The notes below the pieces were generated by a model, which saw nothing but the letters and a program-made list of their open reading frames with translations, did not search any database and was not told where the DNA came from. The translations under genes were made by a program, and so were the position numbers. Of a stretch of 64,000 bases of DNA, positions 28,217-41,170 are shown in pieces. Numbering within the stretch: position 1 is the first letter of the stretch; each line of letters starts with the position of its first letter. The stretch comes from Tubulanus polymorphus (taxonomy: Eukaryota; Animalia; Nemertea), in assembly GCF_964204645.1 (NCBI RefSeq), contig NC_134035.1, positions 7,224,451-7,288,450 on the forward strand. Direction: 5' to 3'.

Positions 28217-31200
28217 ATGGCTGCCCCCAGTAAATCGGTTTTGTTTGTCTGTCTCGGTAAGTTTCATCGCATTTCTTTGAAATATTGCTGTTTGTAATTA
28301 GGAAAATATATCTTGAAAATACCTGTTTATTTTTGATAAACAAATGGCTACACTACTCGGGTGGCAGCACTACTCGCGCCACCCGAATCGCCGTCTTAAC
28401 CGCTGCGCCGCCCGAGACGCTTTGCCCCTATATTATAACATTGACTCATTTCTCATGATCATATCGAGTTCCTGCTTTTTGATGGTCTTAATTTAATGCT
28501 ATTGAGTGTACGTAACTATATCATCAACGCACAGTACAAGCGTTGCGAATAAAGCACAAGCAATGTCTATATGACCCTAGTTGACTGCTCGTATGCGGGA
28601 TTCGAACCCAATTGATATACATGCATGCTTTGTTGTCTCTGAAATATCACTTACTTCGATTCTTTGGCGCGCATTTTTGCTGTCGCTCGTTAATGCGATG
28701 AGTACACTTGAACAGTTGACTGTTAGTTCTGACTGGAACGGTTATGTTTTTTAGCGTTCAGAATCGTTCAAACTCAATGTATACACATTTTTGGCCACCC
28801 TTTCTGAAGCACTTCTTTTTTCCCAAATGGAAAAAATCAGTGCGGCAGTTTCAAAATCGGTTTCGATAACAACGAGTTTTTAGTAATTCTAAAAAAGCTG
28901 TGGCTTTGAAATCACATTTGAATCATATTTTTTTCTATAAAACTAGTCCCTAAGTAAGTCGATGAAAGCAAGAACTGGTGCAAATAGTCAGAATAGAAAT
29001 TCATCAATCAGAATCGGGAAACAAAATATTATGAAAGGTGTTAATCAAAATTCATGATTATAGAATTAAATTGATTTTATTTTAGAGCACCATTTATGTA
29101 TATACGCTCATATAGATCAGTGTTTCTCGAGTCAGCTAATTAGTTTGTAACGTGGTAATTTGCGGCGAAATACATGTTTATTGCAAGATCGTTGTTATTA
29201 CTTTGGATCTGATTACACTTATTTAAGGAAATATTTGTCGGTCTCCGATGGCTGAAGAAATATTTCGACAGATGGTTAAACAGAAAGGCGAATTAGATGA
29301 AGTAAGTAGGCTAAATGTTTGTATGCCTAAGAAGATGGAAGACGGGACAAATGAATATATCTGCATTTTTTCATTTAGTTTTTTTTCGCATACAGTTTTG
29401 TGGAATTAATTAAAACATACAATGCGATATATAATATTAATACGCAATATGGAGATCCTCGGTCGAAAGAGTGACAGTGGCGCTGGCGAAGGTTCAATGC
29501 CGTAGACGTTTTAGTGATTGTCGAATGAACTTATATGTTAGAGGTGTCGATAATTTGAATTCATGAAATCGAATGCATAAAAACAGAGTTATAACTCACT
29601 AGCTCTCGAGTATATTCTATCGTCATTGTGTCGCTGTGAACCAAGCGCATCAATTTTACTCTTTACCTCAAAGCCGTAGCAGTCCCGTACCACTTTTGAG
29701 CCCACCTGGAACTTCACTTCCCGTCCGTCGTCCCTCTTTCCGTCCGTCCGTAGACAGAATCCGTTTATTTTGGAAAGTTTTAAGACGCTTCAATGTAATG
29801 TTAGTTGTAGTTGATAACATGTTCTATGATAGTGGTGTGTTTCAAGGTCATTGGTTTTTGTATGTTCACCAGGGAGCGTTGAATAGCTGAATAACTTACT
29901 ATTTCTATATCATATCGGTATCTAGGCATATTTTATTACCGTCATCAATCGCAAATTATATAAAATAGCTCATGACATGATTGTGATAAGTTTCAAGGTC
30001 ACTGGTTTCTGTATATATCCATCAGGGGAACTTTGATTGTCAGATTGTTGAACATTCCAAGCTATTTTCAAGTGGGCATCGTGTCGTAGAGAGAATCCCT
30101 CAATTATAACGAAAAAGTCCGAAAATGAAACTTCGAGATGGTAGTTTATTTCAACGTTTCGACTATATCCTAATAGTCATCTTCAGGAATAAGATATAAT
30201 ATTATTCCTGATATTATTCCTATAATAATTATTCCTGAAGATGACTTTAAGGATATATCTCGAAGTTTCATTTTCGGACTTTTTCGTTATAATTGTGGGA
30301 TTCTCTCTACATCGCGTCAACACGGATATAGTGTTCTATCAATCGTGGGCATCGTGTCCCTGGATCCCTAGTTTAAAACAGCTTCATCGTTTTTCAGTGG
30401 AAAATCGACAGTGCTGCCTTAGGCTCGTGGCATATAGGCAGTCAGCCGGAAAAACGAGGGTGCAAAAACATGGAGCAACACAAAATGCCGATGAATCACA
30501 TGTGTCGCCAGGTTCGTTGTTAAACATTTTACTTTCATTTACTAGTATCATGAATTCCATTCATCTAATCCTATCTATTAGTTTTGTAAGTTTGTTCTAC
30601 ATGTATTAGTTTTGTACATTTGTTTTATCCTCACTCAGGTACGTATCACCGTTGTGAGACAACACATCCACGGTGGACGAATAAATAGCGTTATTCAATC
30701 ATGGAAAATGAATGAGTCGAGGATACAATACAATATTTGACATGTTTAAGAATTCGAACGAGTCTCACTTTTCCCATTTACCTCTGAAAATGATATTTTT
30801 GTTATATTTTCCTTGTTGAATATAGGTTCACAAGGATGACTTCAAAAATTTCAAATATATCTTCGGTTTCGACAATGAAAACATAAGGTACAATTTAATG
30901 TGTTTATCAAATAATTCGTTATTGTTCGTTATTGTTCACGAATCGGGCCACGTCTGATTACGTGGATTACGCGTGTTTGCCGAAACTGCAGATGTAGATT
31001 TTTGAAAAAAAGCTGTTTAAGTGGATCTGAATTAGATATCTTAACAACGATTCGTTAAAACTTTTAAGTAAACAACTCCGACTGTTCCGTGTTTTTCGAT
31101 CATATCCACTGATATATTAATAATTCATTCATCTATTATATATACAGTAAGTAAATCTCGATTTCAGCGAATTAAAGCGAATGAGACCGGCTAATAGTGA

Positions 31201-31848
31201 GAGTATAGTGAAGTTGTTAGGAGACTACGACCCCGAAGGAATCAAAATCATCAGAGACCCTTACTATGTAAGTTTCGATACTAAGCGTTTGTATTTGGGG
31301 CTGTCCGTAAAATACATCCACACAAAATTGCTAAATTTTGACCCCTTCCCCATTACCCAGTCCTGGAGAGGTTGTTTCCTCAGGTGATATCCGTCGATTT
31401 ACGATCCTAGTGCGTGGTTCATCATACACTAAGGTTCTTGCTGAACCTCCCCCATGTCCACAGAATGTCCATATTGGACTAACTGCCCCCCTGTCCTTTG
31501 CATAAAAAATAAAATTTAAGACATCGGATATCCAGTCAGGCAAAACTTACACTAAATGTTCTTATTCCATGCGTTATGCTGAAAACATTTATGTATGTAA
31601 ACTATTTCTCCTCTTATTATTCAAAGTTGAAGTAATTATCCATGTAATGCACTAAATCATTTGTTCTGGCTTACAAGAATTAAGCAGGATGAAGAAGGAT
31701 ATCTTCATCCAAACAACCCTTTCCCCTATTCACGATTGTCAGTATATTGTTCTACGTGTTTCAGGATAGTGGTGACAAAGGTTTTGAAGACTGTTATCAG
31801 CAGAGTAGCCGTTGCTGTAAAGCATTTTTGGACGAGTTCAAAGTTTAA
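28217..31848 (+). CDS. ACP1: Low molecular weight phosphotyrosine protein phosphatase, 157 aa, 6 exons
   Basis: Exons 28217-28256, 29228-29301, 30398-30511, 30826-30887, 31168-31267, 31765-31848 (474 nt). Catalytic P-loop VLFVCLGNICRSPMAE, plus IDSAA and the DPYY loop. Confidence 0.95.
30086..30344 (-). mobile_element. Penelope-like short insertion with inverted repeat, 14-bp TSD and minimal hammerhead motif
   Basis: Direct repeat gtgggcatcgtgtc at 30072-30085 and 30345-30358. Inverted arms 30086-30139 / 30257-30310. Minus strand reads ttattc-CTGAAGA-tgactattaggatatagtc-GAAACGTT-gaaataa. Confidence 0.7.
30146..30192 (-). ncRNA. Minimal (type I, Penelope-associated) hammerhead ribozyme motif
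   Basis: Core CUGAAGA and GAAA present; stem II gactat/atagtc; palindromic ACGU stem III followed by a GUU triplet; stem I uuauuc/gaaauaa with one bulge. Confidence 0.55.
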
Positions 31849-31871
31849 TCAGAAGAATGTACGTATGTTTG

Positions 31872-32002
31872 TACATACATACATACATACATACATACAT
31901 ACATACATACATACATACATACATACATACATACATACATACATACATACATACATACATACATACATACATACATACATAAATACATACATAAATACAT
32001 AC
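31872..32002. repeat. (CATA)n microsatellite just downstream of the ACP1 stop
   Basis: Seen directly. Confidence 0.98.
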
Positions 32003-32249
32003 AGGTACATACATAGACCCGCAATCACATGGACCTTTTCAGCGAAAATATTGTGGCAATTCTTAGTTTGAGCTTTAAACACTTCCCTCGCTTTTATATA
32101 TTCTTGTCCTGATGTGGGTTGTATTTCTGTACTTTGGTTTCAAAGAAATGTCATATCGCAAGGTATTCCATGTCTTAAGATAACGTTTGAAATAGGAACC
32201 ATTAAACAATCGAATAAACATGAGTTTTCGCGGAGGGTTAACGCTTCAA

Positions 32250-32900
32250 GGTTTTCCTGTTATCTTGATCATGGAATTAGATAATTGAAAGTGGGGAAAT
32301 CGGTTAGAAATTGTTCTCATTTTGTTAACAAAGAGAAGTCTAAGTCCTCGCCAGATTTTATACGGATCAAGATAGCGATAAGTGATGGTCGAATCGTCAC
32401 ATGTGTTCATAAGATTGTTATGCGGCCCGAAGAAGGAACCGAAATATCGTGGGAGAGCGTATCCTTCCTCAGCTCCGCACAACGACACAAATTGAATTTG
32501 ACCCGAGACCAAAAATAAATAAACGACTAAGATGTATATACTTCGAATTCTAAATACTCACAACTATTTATTATATCACTTTCGTCTTTCCTATGTATCG
32601 ACACCTTTTACAATTTCTGTTTCTAGTTTCTTACGGTGGTCCTTCCCCTCTTGGTTTCCCAGGTGCTCTCCGACTAGTTCAGCTATGTCTCTTATTTTTA
32701 TACTATCCAAAATTTGGTTTCCAAGGAACTTTTCTCGTGACCAACGCCACCGCATTTGGGGAGGGCCGACGACTAACCTCGGGACCTGATTCGCCCACCA
32801 GGCCCCCAAGAATTAATGTTCTTAGCAACCTGGTTAAGAAACAAGCCCGGAGTTGTCTCGGTTTCCAAACACGTAGACGTTGACACTTGACTAATCCCTT
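32250..32900 (-). mobile_element. Possible decayed LINE endonuclease fragment
   Basis: Broken minus-strand frames with weak APE-like pieces (DIAELVGEH, ETEIVKGV); GC content higher than flanks. Confidence 0.3.
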
Positions 32901-33984
32901 AGGATTTTTCTATTGTCTTGAAAACTAACTCCAAAATATTTCTTATTAATCCGAGACATAAACTGAACTAGTAACAAAGGCAAACAACAGTAAATGACCG
33001 CAAAGCCAAAACTTGCCCGTTTATGAATTCCTAGTAAACAATAACAAATATACATTGAAAAACCCATTAGTAAAACATGCCCGTTCTGTATTTCCTAGTG
33101 AATAGAGTTGTATGCATTATGAACATACAACTGCTATTGAACTATGCATGTTTTATAAATATAAAAGTTGGCTATCATAACAAGATCATGAAGCGATTAA
33201 AGTGAGATATTGTATTGTAGAATTAAATTCGAATAAAACGTCATTAGCTGAATAAATATATTGTTTTATTGTTAATACATTGAAATATTGTTTGGAGTTC
33301 TTCAATTTTTGTCAAGATCAAAACTGTTCATAAAGCTGATATGTATACCGCGTCATATTGTGTAACGATCAACAACTCGTGTTAACCGGTTGAATTTTGT
33401 TCCCAGCAAACCAAATCATAATTAAGCTTTTTTCCGTCCTAGCAAAAACTAATGAGGCGGGTATAACTTTTAATTGCCAGTTTCGATAAATCCATATTGC
33501 TATTCACCGAGTTTCCCGAGAAATTGAGTCGCAGCAGTAATATCAATAATTGACCGCTTCATTAAAAACTCCGGGTCGTTTACACGACCACTGTCGCGGT
33601 GCACCACGCAACACGAGCTTCGTGCGTTCGATTATAGACTCAAACGCGAGATCACGGTTCGATAAAACACACGAGTTCGCAGGATAATTATCGCTTCAAG
33701 CCGATGATGTTTCACCGGTGGCGAAGTAACTTAACTTTCATCTCAATTATTATGGAATCCGCCGATATACGTAAGATGCGTATCTGTTCGAAGTGTTTCT
33801 CCCCGTACGTTGCTAAAGAAAAATCCATATGCAAATTAAGAAAGTGCTTGCTAGGTTTTACAAACGTTAGAATACTAAATCGCTATTGGTCGAATCGTCC
33901 TATATAAATTAGAACCATGAAACTATTTACGTTAATTGTCGAAAGGTTTTAAGATAATTTGTCTAGTAAAGCTACTTGATTGAA

Positions 33985-35037
33985 ATGTCTTTTCTCGGCA
34001 ATGCATCCGATGAATTGGCCACAGAACCTTCCATCACCAAGATGTCGTATAAGCTGTGGCTGTGTGGTTCTGTTTGGAAGTATGATGTAGCTTTCAAGCT
34101 TTACAGGTCTTCATTGTACGTCGACAAACACGGAATATACGTGCCGTCTGCGATGGGCATGTTGGGAGTGATCATCGTTTTGAAAGTCATGATGCCTCAG
34201 ATTCACAAGTCGTCGACGAATATTTATATGACCGTTCTAGCTTTGGTCGACGCTTTGTATTTTTTGGTATACATCATCTACCAGAAGAACAAGGCGGTAC
34301 GAACACTTGCAAACACTGAAACGATGTACTGCCATATGTTCGGTGTTTTGCAGCTCGGAACGGAATGTGTTAGTAACTGGCTAATCGTCGTGATTACCGC
34401 CGAACGATTGTACGTCGTCGCATATCCGCTCAAAGTCAAACGGGTCATCACGACGAAGAAGGCGATTGTGGCTGTAACGGCCATATTTAGCTATCAAATC
34501 GTGCACCTTTTGCCGTTGTTTTTCGTGAAGTTTGTCAAATACGACAAAACATTTGCCGGCCAATACAATCATCACATGTGCGTTTACTACAGAGACATCT
34601 ATGCAAATCTGTATGTCTACTATCAGTATGCGGTAAGCAGGCTGCTGCCGCTCTTCACCGTTTTCGTCTTAAACATCGGAATATTCAACAAGTTAAAATC
34701 ATCCGACAAAGCCAAGGCTTCGATGACCGCAGCGGGAAAATCAGCGACGGAGGTATCCGAAGGCCAGGCGTCGTCAACGAGTCGTCAAGTTACTAGAATG
34801 TTGATCGCCGTTTCGGTTTGCTTTTTCATATTCAACGCGCCTAAAGCGCTCCAGTATATCATTAGTGAATCGACGCGTTTTAGCTCCAGCCAATGTATTC
34901 TTAGGAATAGCTCTATTTTTGCTTTTAGATTTAGTCAGTTACTCGCGTTCATCGGGCGTGGTATCAATGCCTATATTTATTGCTTAATGAGTAGGGAATT
35001 TCGACGGCAGTTGTTTGAATGTAGCTGTAAGAGATAA
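33985..35037 (+). CDS. Intronless rhodopsin-like (class A) orphan GPCR, 350 aa, FMRFamide/sex-peptide-receptor-like clade
   Basis: Seven hydrophobic segments. Motifs STNIYMTVLALVD (TM2), SNWLIVVITAERLYVVAYPLK (TM3/ICL2), QVTRMLIAVSVCFFIFNAP (TM6), GINAYIYCLMSREFR (TM7/H8). The ORF track starts at TTG 33976; first ATG is 33985. Confidence 0.9.
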   Translation: MSFLGNASDELATEPSITKMSYKLWLCGSVWKYDVAFKLYRSSLYVDKHGIYVPSAMGMLGVIIVLKVMMPQIHKSSTNIYMTVLALVDALYFLVYIIYQKNKAVRTLANTETMYCHMFGVLQLGTECVSNWLIVVITAERLYVVAYPLKVKRVITTKKAIVAVTAIFSYQIVHLLPLFFVKFVKYDKTFAGQYNHHMCVYYRDIYANLYVYYQYAVSRLLPLFTVFVLNIGIFNKLKSSDKAKASMTAAGKSATEVSEGQASSTSRQVTRMLIAVSVCFFIFNAPKALQYIISESTRFSSSQCILRNSSIFAFRFSQLLAFIGRGINAYIYCLMSREFRRQLFECSCKR

Positions 35038-36169
35038 GGATTTCAATTCTAAGTAGCTACCGTTTATAATTTCATTGGTGTGAGAACTTCATTATTGCAG
35101 CCGCTTCTTGCACCACATGCTATCGTTATATATATCGCAGAAATGAGTCGAGAAGAAAACACAATATCCATGTTGATGAATAAACGCGAGAAATCCCACA
35201 ATAAATACAGCCAAAACGACAAACTTAAATAGAAGAGTAATAATTTGCGCAACGTTTCGGGTAAAGACTACTTAAAAATTCATGATGGCTAATAGTCTTA
35301 TTTTCAATATCTATATTGCGGCACGGGATGTTCATAAGTTTTTGAAGGAGATGTCGGACAGTTCTTGGACAGTTCTCATAGTATAAGTTTTTTGGTATAA
35401 CACATGTTTATCTATGCACAATGGAAATCATTAAGAAAATTGAATCATCAAAATCAATCAAATTGGATATCATTTATGTAATTATCTAAATCATAGTTAA
35501 AACTGATCTGTGTGTCAGGTTTTTATATATATTTGTATAGACTACAAGTGGTTTTTAAGTACAAATTTTATCCATTTTATTGGTTCTTACGATCTTGGAG
35601 TAATCAACCGCATGGATATATTATGTCATTTTCTATAATATGCAATACCTTCTTTCTTATTTTTCCTATTCTAACTTCTTATTGTTAATCAATTCGTATA
35701 TACGAACCTGTCTACTAGCTTCACGGATGTACTTGAACACGGAATTTTCTTTTTATAGTAATCATAAGTGCTGTTTAAAAAACCTTGTTAGTTTCAATCT
35801 GTAAGAATATAGCCTCCAGATAATACACGGTTGACGGTATGATCACATAACCAGGGACGTATTTCCTTTCATTATACATGTATAGTTATTCATAAATGAT
35901 AAGTATCAAAATGATAAGCACGTTGTCCCATCATGTCAAATCGATCTAATAAACCATATGACGTGAGAAATCAAAATTTCTCGCTGGCGTTTCGAAGCCC
36001 TACTGATTGAGGATGTGAATAGATTAATTTGGGTAAGATCGTGATTACTAAAAATTACGCATCGTCATTATTGATTCATATCCGATTTAGTTGACCGACG
36101 TTTTTGGTCGTTGTAATGTCAGTTAGTGAGACTTTTCCTGTAGAAAACATGTCGAAGTTTATTGTGGGT

Positions 36170-36350
36170 GATAGTTGATAACCACACCTCTAACCTGGAG
36201 GACGGATAATAAGATAAATACCCACTACGTACAAATTAAAAGAATTTTTAAAACGAGAATCTATTTATTCAAAAAGTCTTTTTTTGAATAAATAAATTCT
36301 CGATTTAAAATAAATCATTTTAATTTGTACATAGTGGGTTTTTATCTTAT
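36170..36350. repeat. Inverted-repeat remnant related to the Penelope-like sequence at 11700-11790
   Basis: Hairpin ttttaaaacgagaatctatttattcaaaaa / ttttttgaataaataaattctcgatttaaaa; the arms match 11705-11790. Confidence 0.5.
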
Positions 36351-36847
36351 TATTCTGGTTGCTGTTAGTTGCCTACTTTTGCGGTGTCCTCTTGAAGTGC
36401 TCGCAGGTCTGTTGAAGCCGGAGGGAGGTGCTAGGGGTGTTATAACCCCCACAGTCCAGCCTGCTGAGGCTCTATGCCATCCGGTGCAGCACGACCGCGC
36501 CATATTCATCTACGCAGGCTAACTAGTTCGAGACGACTGTTTCGGTGAATCTGATGTAAAAAAGCCAGGAATGGCGGTCATCGTGTACCGTTGGTAGAAT
36601 TGAGCAAAAATTAATGTACTCCATTAAAATTCTTCGTCTAGAAAGTGCAACTTTGTTTGTAACACTTCGGTGCTTATGATTGACTATTTTTTGGCATCTC
36701 ACAGTGTAGATATAAATGGCGTCCTCAAACAGTAAGGTGGTTCGTTCTCGGGCTTCTTTGTGCATAAATACCATCAGTAATACATTATACTCCCCATAAT
36801 AGCAGTAAATCTAGAAATTAATTTCTTTGTCGAAAATACTATATGCG

Positions 36848-37317
36848 TATGGTGGCTGATTCGGGCCATACTAAAAAAATTTTCTGTACGGCTAGAGCAA
36901 CGATAAAAAACATTTTCACAGTGGCCCTTTTTGGTTTTCTCGCGCGAGAAAACCAAAAGTTTTGAATTCTCGCGCAGGAAAACAAAAAAATGGGCCATTG
37001 TAAAAAAAATTTTATCCAGCTTCTAGTCAGTCAGAAAATGTTTTCAAACCAAAATGTTTAGTTTTCTCGCGCGAGAAAACCAAAAGTTTTGGAATCTCGC
37101 GCGAGAATACCAAAATGTTTTGAATTCTCGCGCGAGAAAACCAAACTTTTTGAATTCTCGCGCGAGAAAACCAAACTTTTTGAGTTCTCGCGCGAGAAAA
37201 CCAAAAGTTTTGAATTCTCGCGCGAGAAAACCAAAATAGGGCCACTGTGAAAATATTTTTATCGTTGCTTTAGCCGTACAGAAAATTTTTTTAGTATGAC
37301 CCGAATCAGCCACCATA
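36848..37317. mobile_element. Non-autonomous IS3EU-like DNA transposon with long TIRs and internal 30-bp palindromic tandem repeats
   Basis: Termini TATGGTGGCTGATTCGG...CCGAATCAGCCACCATA; ~80-bp or longer TIRs; units ttctcgcgcgagaaaaccaaaagttttgaa; flanks share tatgcg. TAYGG...CCRTA ends with ~6-bp TSD are the described IS3EU signature. Confidence 0.75.
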
Positions 37318-40290
37318 GTATGCGTCTATTTAGGCTCATCATACCGTTATCGTGTTACCTTACTGAAATAAATGGTTACTGTAGGCCTAGTGTAAGTAGA
37401 AAAAAATATGTAGTTGTCTGGTTACTCTATATTCGAACGAGGTTTTTCAAATGCCAAGAACCGCCCACGTATACTAAGATCTTTTCTAAAAGGCCGCTGA
37501 TGTCAGCAATACAGTGATTAACATCACCTTCATTAAGATGTCACATTCCTTACCAATTAATGATTGAGGGGGCAAAGTATTGAAAGAATAGAATAGAACA
37601 TGTTTTATTGCACGGCAAAAATACAATTGCTAAGAGCACAAAAACAAAATCATAGTTTATAGAAATTACAATAATTAACGAGGTTCACGTATTAACAGAT
37701 CATATTAACAAATAATTAACATACATAGACGCACATAAACACACACAAATACACACACAAATACAGAATACATTATACAACTTAGTATTTTGAAGCAGTT
37801 TTGATATATTGGTTAGGTTGTTTAAGTTGTTTCCCTTTAGTTTTCCTTAGTTGGGTAAATTCGTGTGTTACGCAAATAGGACAAGCTGTATAACCACGGG
37901 CCAAGAGGACTCGTTCTGTGGTCTACTGGTTAGCATCTACTGGTCGATCCCCGATGAGTGCTCGGGATTTCACACTCCCTTCTCCTAATCGTTCTATGTG
38001 CACACTTGGCCTGGTTCAGAACACAGAGACCGTATTCTGGACACGGTGGCAGTACGCCTAACTTTTGGGCCGACCTTAACTTAACAATTTGGTTACGTGT
38101 AGAGAGAAGTTCCCTAGTGGCAGAACATTTCTTGACATTAAAGTGGCTTGGGATACAGTCTTCTGATTCATCATCACATACACAGGGTCCTTCATAAAGC
38201 ACGAAACGAAATGACGAAGTGGTCATATTTCAAACACGATCATACCACAGTGAAAGCTCGCCACGGGACTGTCAAAGCTTTGGCGACGTACAGCAATGTG
38301 GTGGTCTCAAGGAGCGGTCTAAAGCATCTGGCATGGGTTTTAAGGTAGAAGTCATCACCTCAAGAGAGGACGGAATGTGGGAATTTGGGATGACGATTTT
38401 TCAAGGTCCTTTTTGGCTCGCCAAATGACCTTTATTTTAACAGCGGTCTATCTAGACTAGACCTAGCTAGTCAGGAAATAGCGGTAACGCGCGCGCACGT
38501 ACCGTCGATCTTCTGCGTGTGTGCGAGTATAAGTATTTCCATGGCTTTTTCAAATTTTGCGATTTAAGTCGTCGTTTAATTGTTTTCATTTTGAATTGAG
38601 TGTACTTGAAGTGTTCGATTATCGCGTTTCTTCTAAATCGGAGCTGCCTTGGTGTATATACGCGAAGTATCATGTGAGTTTCGTGCGATCACGTTTCATT
38701 TCAACCACAGCAGACGAATATTGTGTGTGGCATCAAAAAGGATGGGGAGGTAAATGTCACGGGTACGACCTAAAAAACAATTTCTAATGATACGTCTGTT
38801 TCACACATTCACACTTAACACACGTTTTTGACCCACGCATTTATCTATCTACGACATTTGACCTTACCATAACATTTACGAACCAAAATCGAAAAAGGTT
38901 TTCGGTAAATTAACCGACGATCACTGTGTACAATAATGCCATTTCCAAGAAGGTATTCAATTTAGTACGAAAAGAAAATCATAACTAAATGCAATGAAAC
39001 ATCGCGCAGCAGTTATATTGCTACCATTGTGGAAGATGTCTCTTGGGGAAAATAGTGAACTATACAATTGGCAGTTGGGAGATTGTCCCTTTATTAAAGA
39101 ACATGAAATATCATTAATATTATGTACATGTGACGCTCATGTGTCTTCACATCAACCAACTTGTCTCGAAGATGAGTTTTCTGCTAGCATTTGATAATAT
39201 AATATAATATTGATTGATTTGGTAAAAGATGTCATCGAAAAAAAAGAAAAAGGTGATTCCGTGAGTCACAATATCGAGTGGCTTATTAATATCTAATCAG
39301 TCACAGTATGTTAGATTCTTTAGAACGGTAATGAACCCCTTGATCTAGTCCTAATTCTCAGACTGTTGTATCGAACTATTGACAACTATAGGCTCTAGAC
39401 GTGGGATGTCATTATATAAAATTCCACAAGATAACCTGACAATAAATGTATTTCTAATAACCTTACCTTCGAAGCGATCACACTATAATGCACTGTTTCA
39501 ACATGACTACGTACTCCCGCTTTTAAACATTTAAAATCAAACTGCGGTGGAAATAATTGTGAATATGCGATTTATATATATCCCAAAAATGATTGTTTGG
39601 GCTTAGTCTCGAGCGCAGAGGTTAAACTATTCGGAAATGAGCGAACCAAACGATTTGCGTTAATACAAATCCTACAATCTGTTGATTCCATTTGTCCTTT
39701 TTCCAAAATGCAGCCAATAACACGAAGATACCAAGACCATGAACGAGCAAATAACTTAATTGTTCGTTCACCTTTCGTATAGCATAGTACAGCGGGTCAC
39801 CTTACCGCTATTCCAATCAACCCTCGCGGCATTTATTGAGTGGATTCATCTTGAATCACGAATCACCACTACATTACTTTTACAAATGCGTTAAGGTCAT
39901 TCCACATTAACAAAAATTGCCCTTATTGAATGGATTGTAGTCAACTTTTTTGATTCTGCTAAAAAAGAATAATACTGAACGTACGTAAAGCGGGATCATG
40001 TTAACATTTCTCTTAATTTTCCTGAACCATTTTGCTACAAACGCACTTTTATTTCAATAGGACTCATGTAAATACAGCACTATGTAACAATATGTAACAA
40101 TGCCATTTTTAGAAATGCCCATTATTGAATCTTATTACGTATGTAATTTGGTAAACAGTTTGTTGAAAATTGATGGAGTGGCCACGAAATTCAATTAGTC
40201 TGTTCAAGTCGAGAAGATACAGAATTGAACTTATCGTACTCTGTACACCTGATTCTTTAGCTGGAAGGTGGCGCCAATAACTATGATAAT

Positions 40291-40483
40291 AATTAATAAT
40301 AATATCAATAATCAATAATAATAATGATGATAATAATAATGATAATAATAATGATAATGATAATGGTGATGGTGATGGTGATGGTGATGGTGATGGTGAT
40401 GGTGATGGTGATGGTGATGGTGATGGTGATGGTAATGGTAATGGTAATGGTAATAATGATAATAATAATAATAGTAATAATAG

Positions 40484-40524
<41 letters not shown>

Positions 40525-40531
40525 GTAGTAA
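40291..40531. repeat. Compound (ATA)n/(ATGGTG)n simple repeat
   Basis: Seen directly; produces the poly-Y/H, MV and L/PS ORFs. Confidence 0.97.
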
Positions 40532-41170
40532 TTCATTCAGCCTAAAATCCACATAGAATATGCTCATTGGCTTTACATCATATATAAATAGCGAACATAA
40601 AACAGAGAAAACTAAAACTGGTTTGATAAAAAGGTTTGATGAAGAAATTGGTTTTGAGCTTAGATTTAAAAACATCGATCGAAGGACTAGATTCAATTGG
40701 ACTAGGTTAATTATTCCGGAGTACTGGGGCAGAGTACGCAAAGGCTCTCATGTCCGGCTGAGACAAGATTAATACGGGGAATGACTAGCAGGATTGATTG
40801 TTAGATCTTAAAAATCTAGCGGATGATTTATATTGTACAAGTGACTGTAGATATTGTGGTGCAAAACCGTTTAAGGATTTGAATGTAAGACGAGGATTTT
40901 AAACTGGATACGGGATTTGATTGGGAGCCAGTGAAGGTCATGAAGAATTGGTGATATATGACAGAATTTTTAGTTTCGAGTAACAACACGAGCTGCGGAA
41001 TTTGGGACGCGCTGTTGTTATGATATAGTCTGGGAAACTATACACTAAATATTCAAAAATTGCGGGATGTTTTCCGTGATAAACAATAATATAATTCAAT
41101 TAAATTCAAAAGAGCTTTACTGCTCCGTACAGAATGAAAACATGAAAAAATTTTAACAGTTTTTACGTAG

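Noticed and set aside
29302-30825. Mutually exclusive second exon 3 of ACP1, as in vertebrates
   Set aside because: Only one 114-nt exon with the IDSAA motif was found in the flanking introns.
37027-37316. Repetitive FSRAR/LAREF ORFs; 30-bp repeats resembling a CRISPR array
   Set aside because: Repeats are directly tandem without unique spacers, lie inside a TIR element, and the DNA is eukaryotic.
40109-40741. Poly-L/PS, poly-Y/H and MV ORFs
   Set aside because: Translations of a simple repeat.
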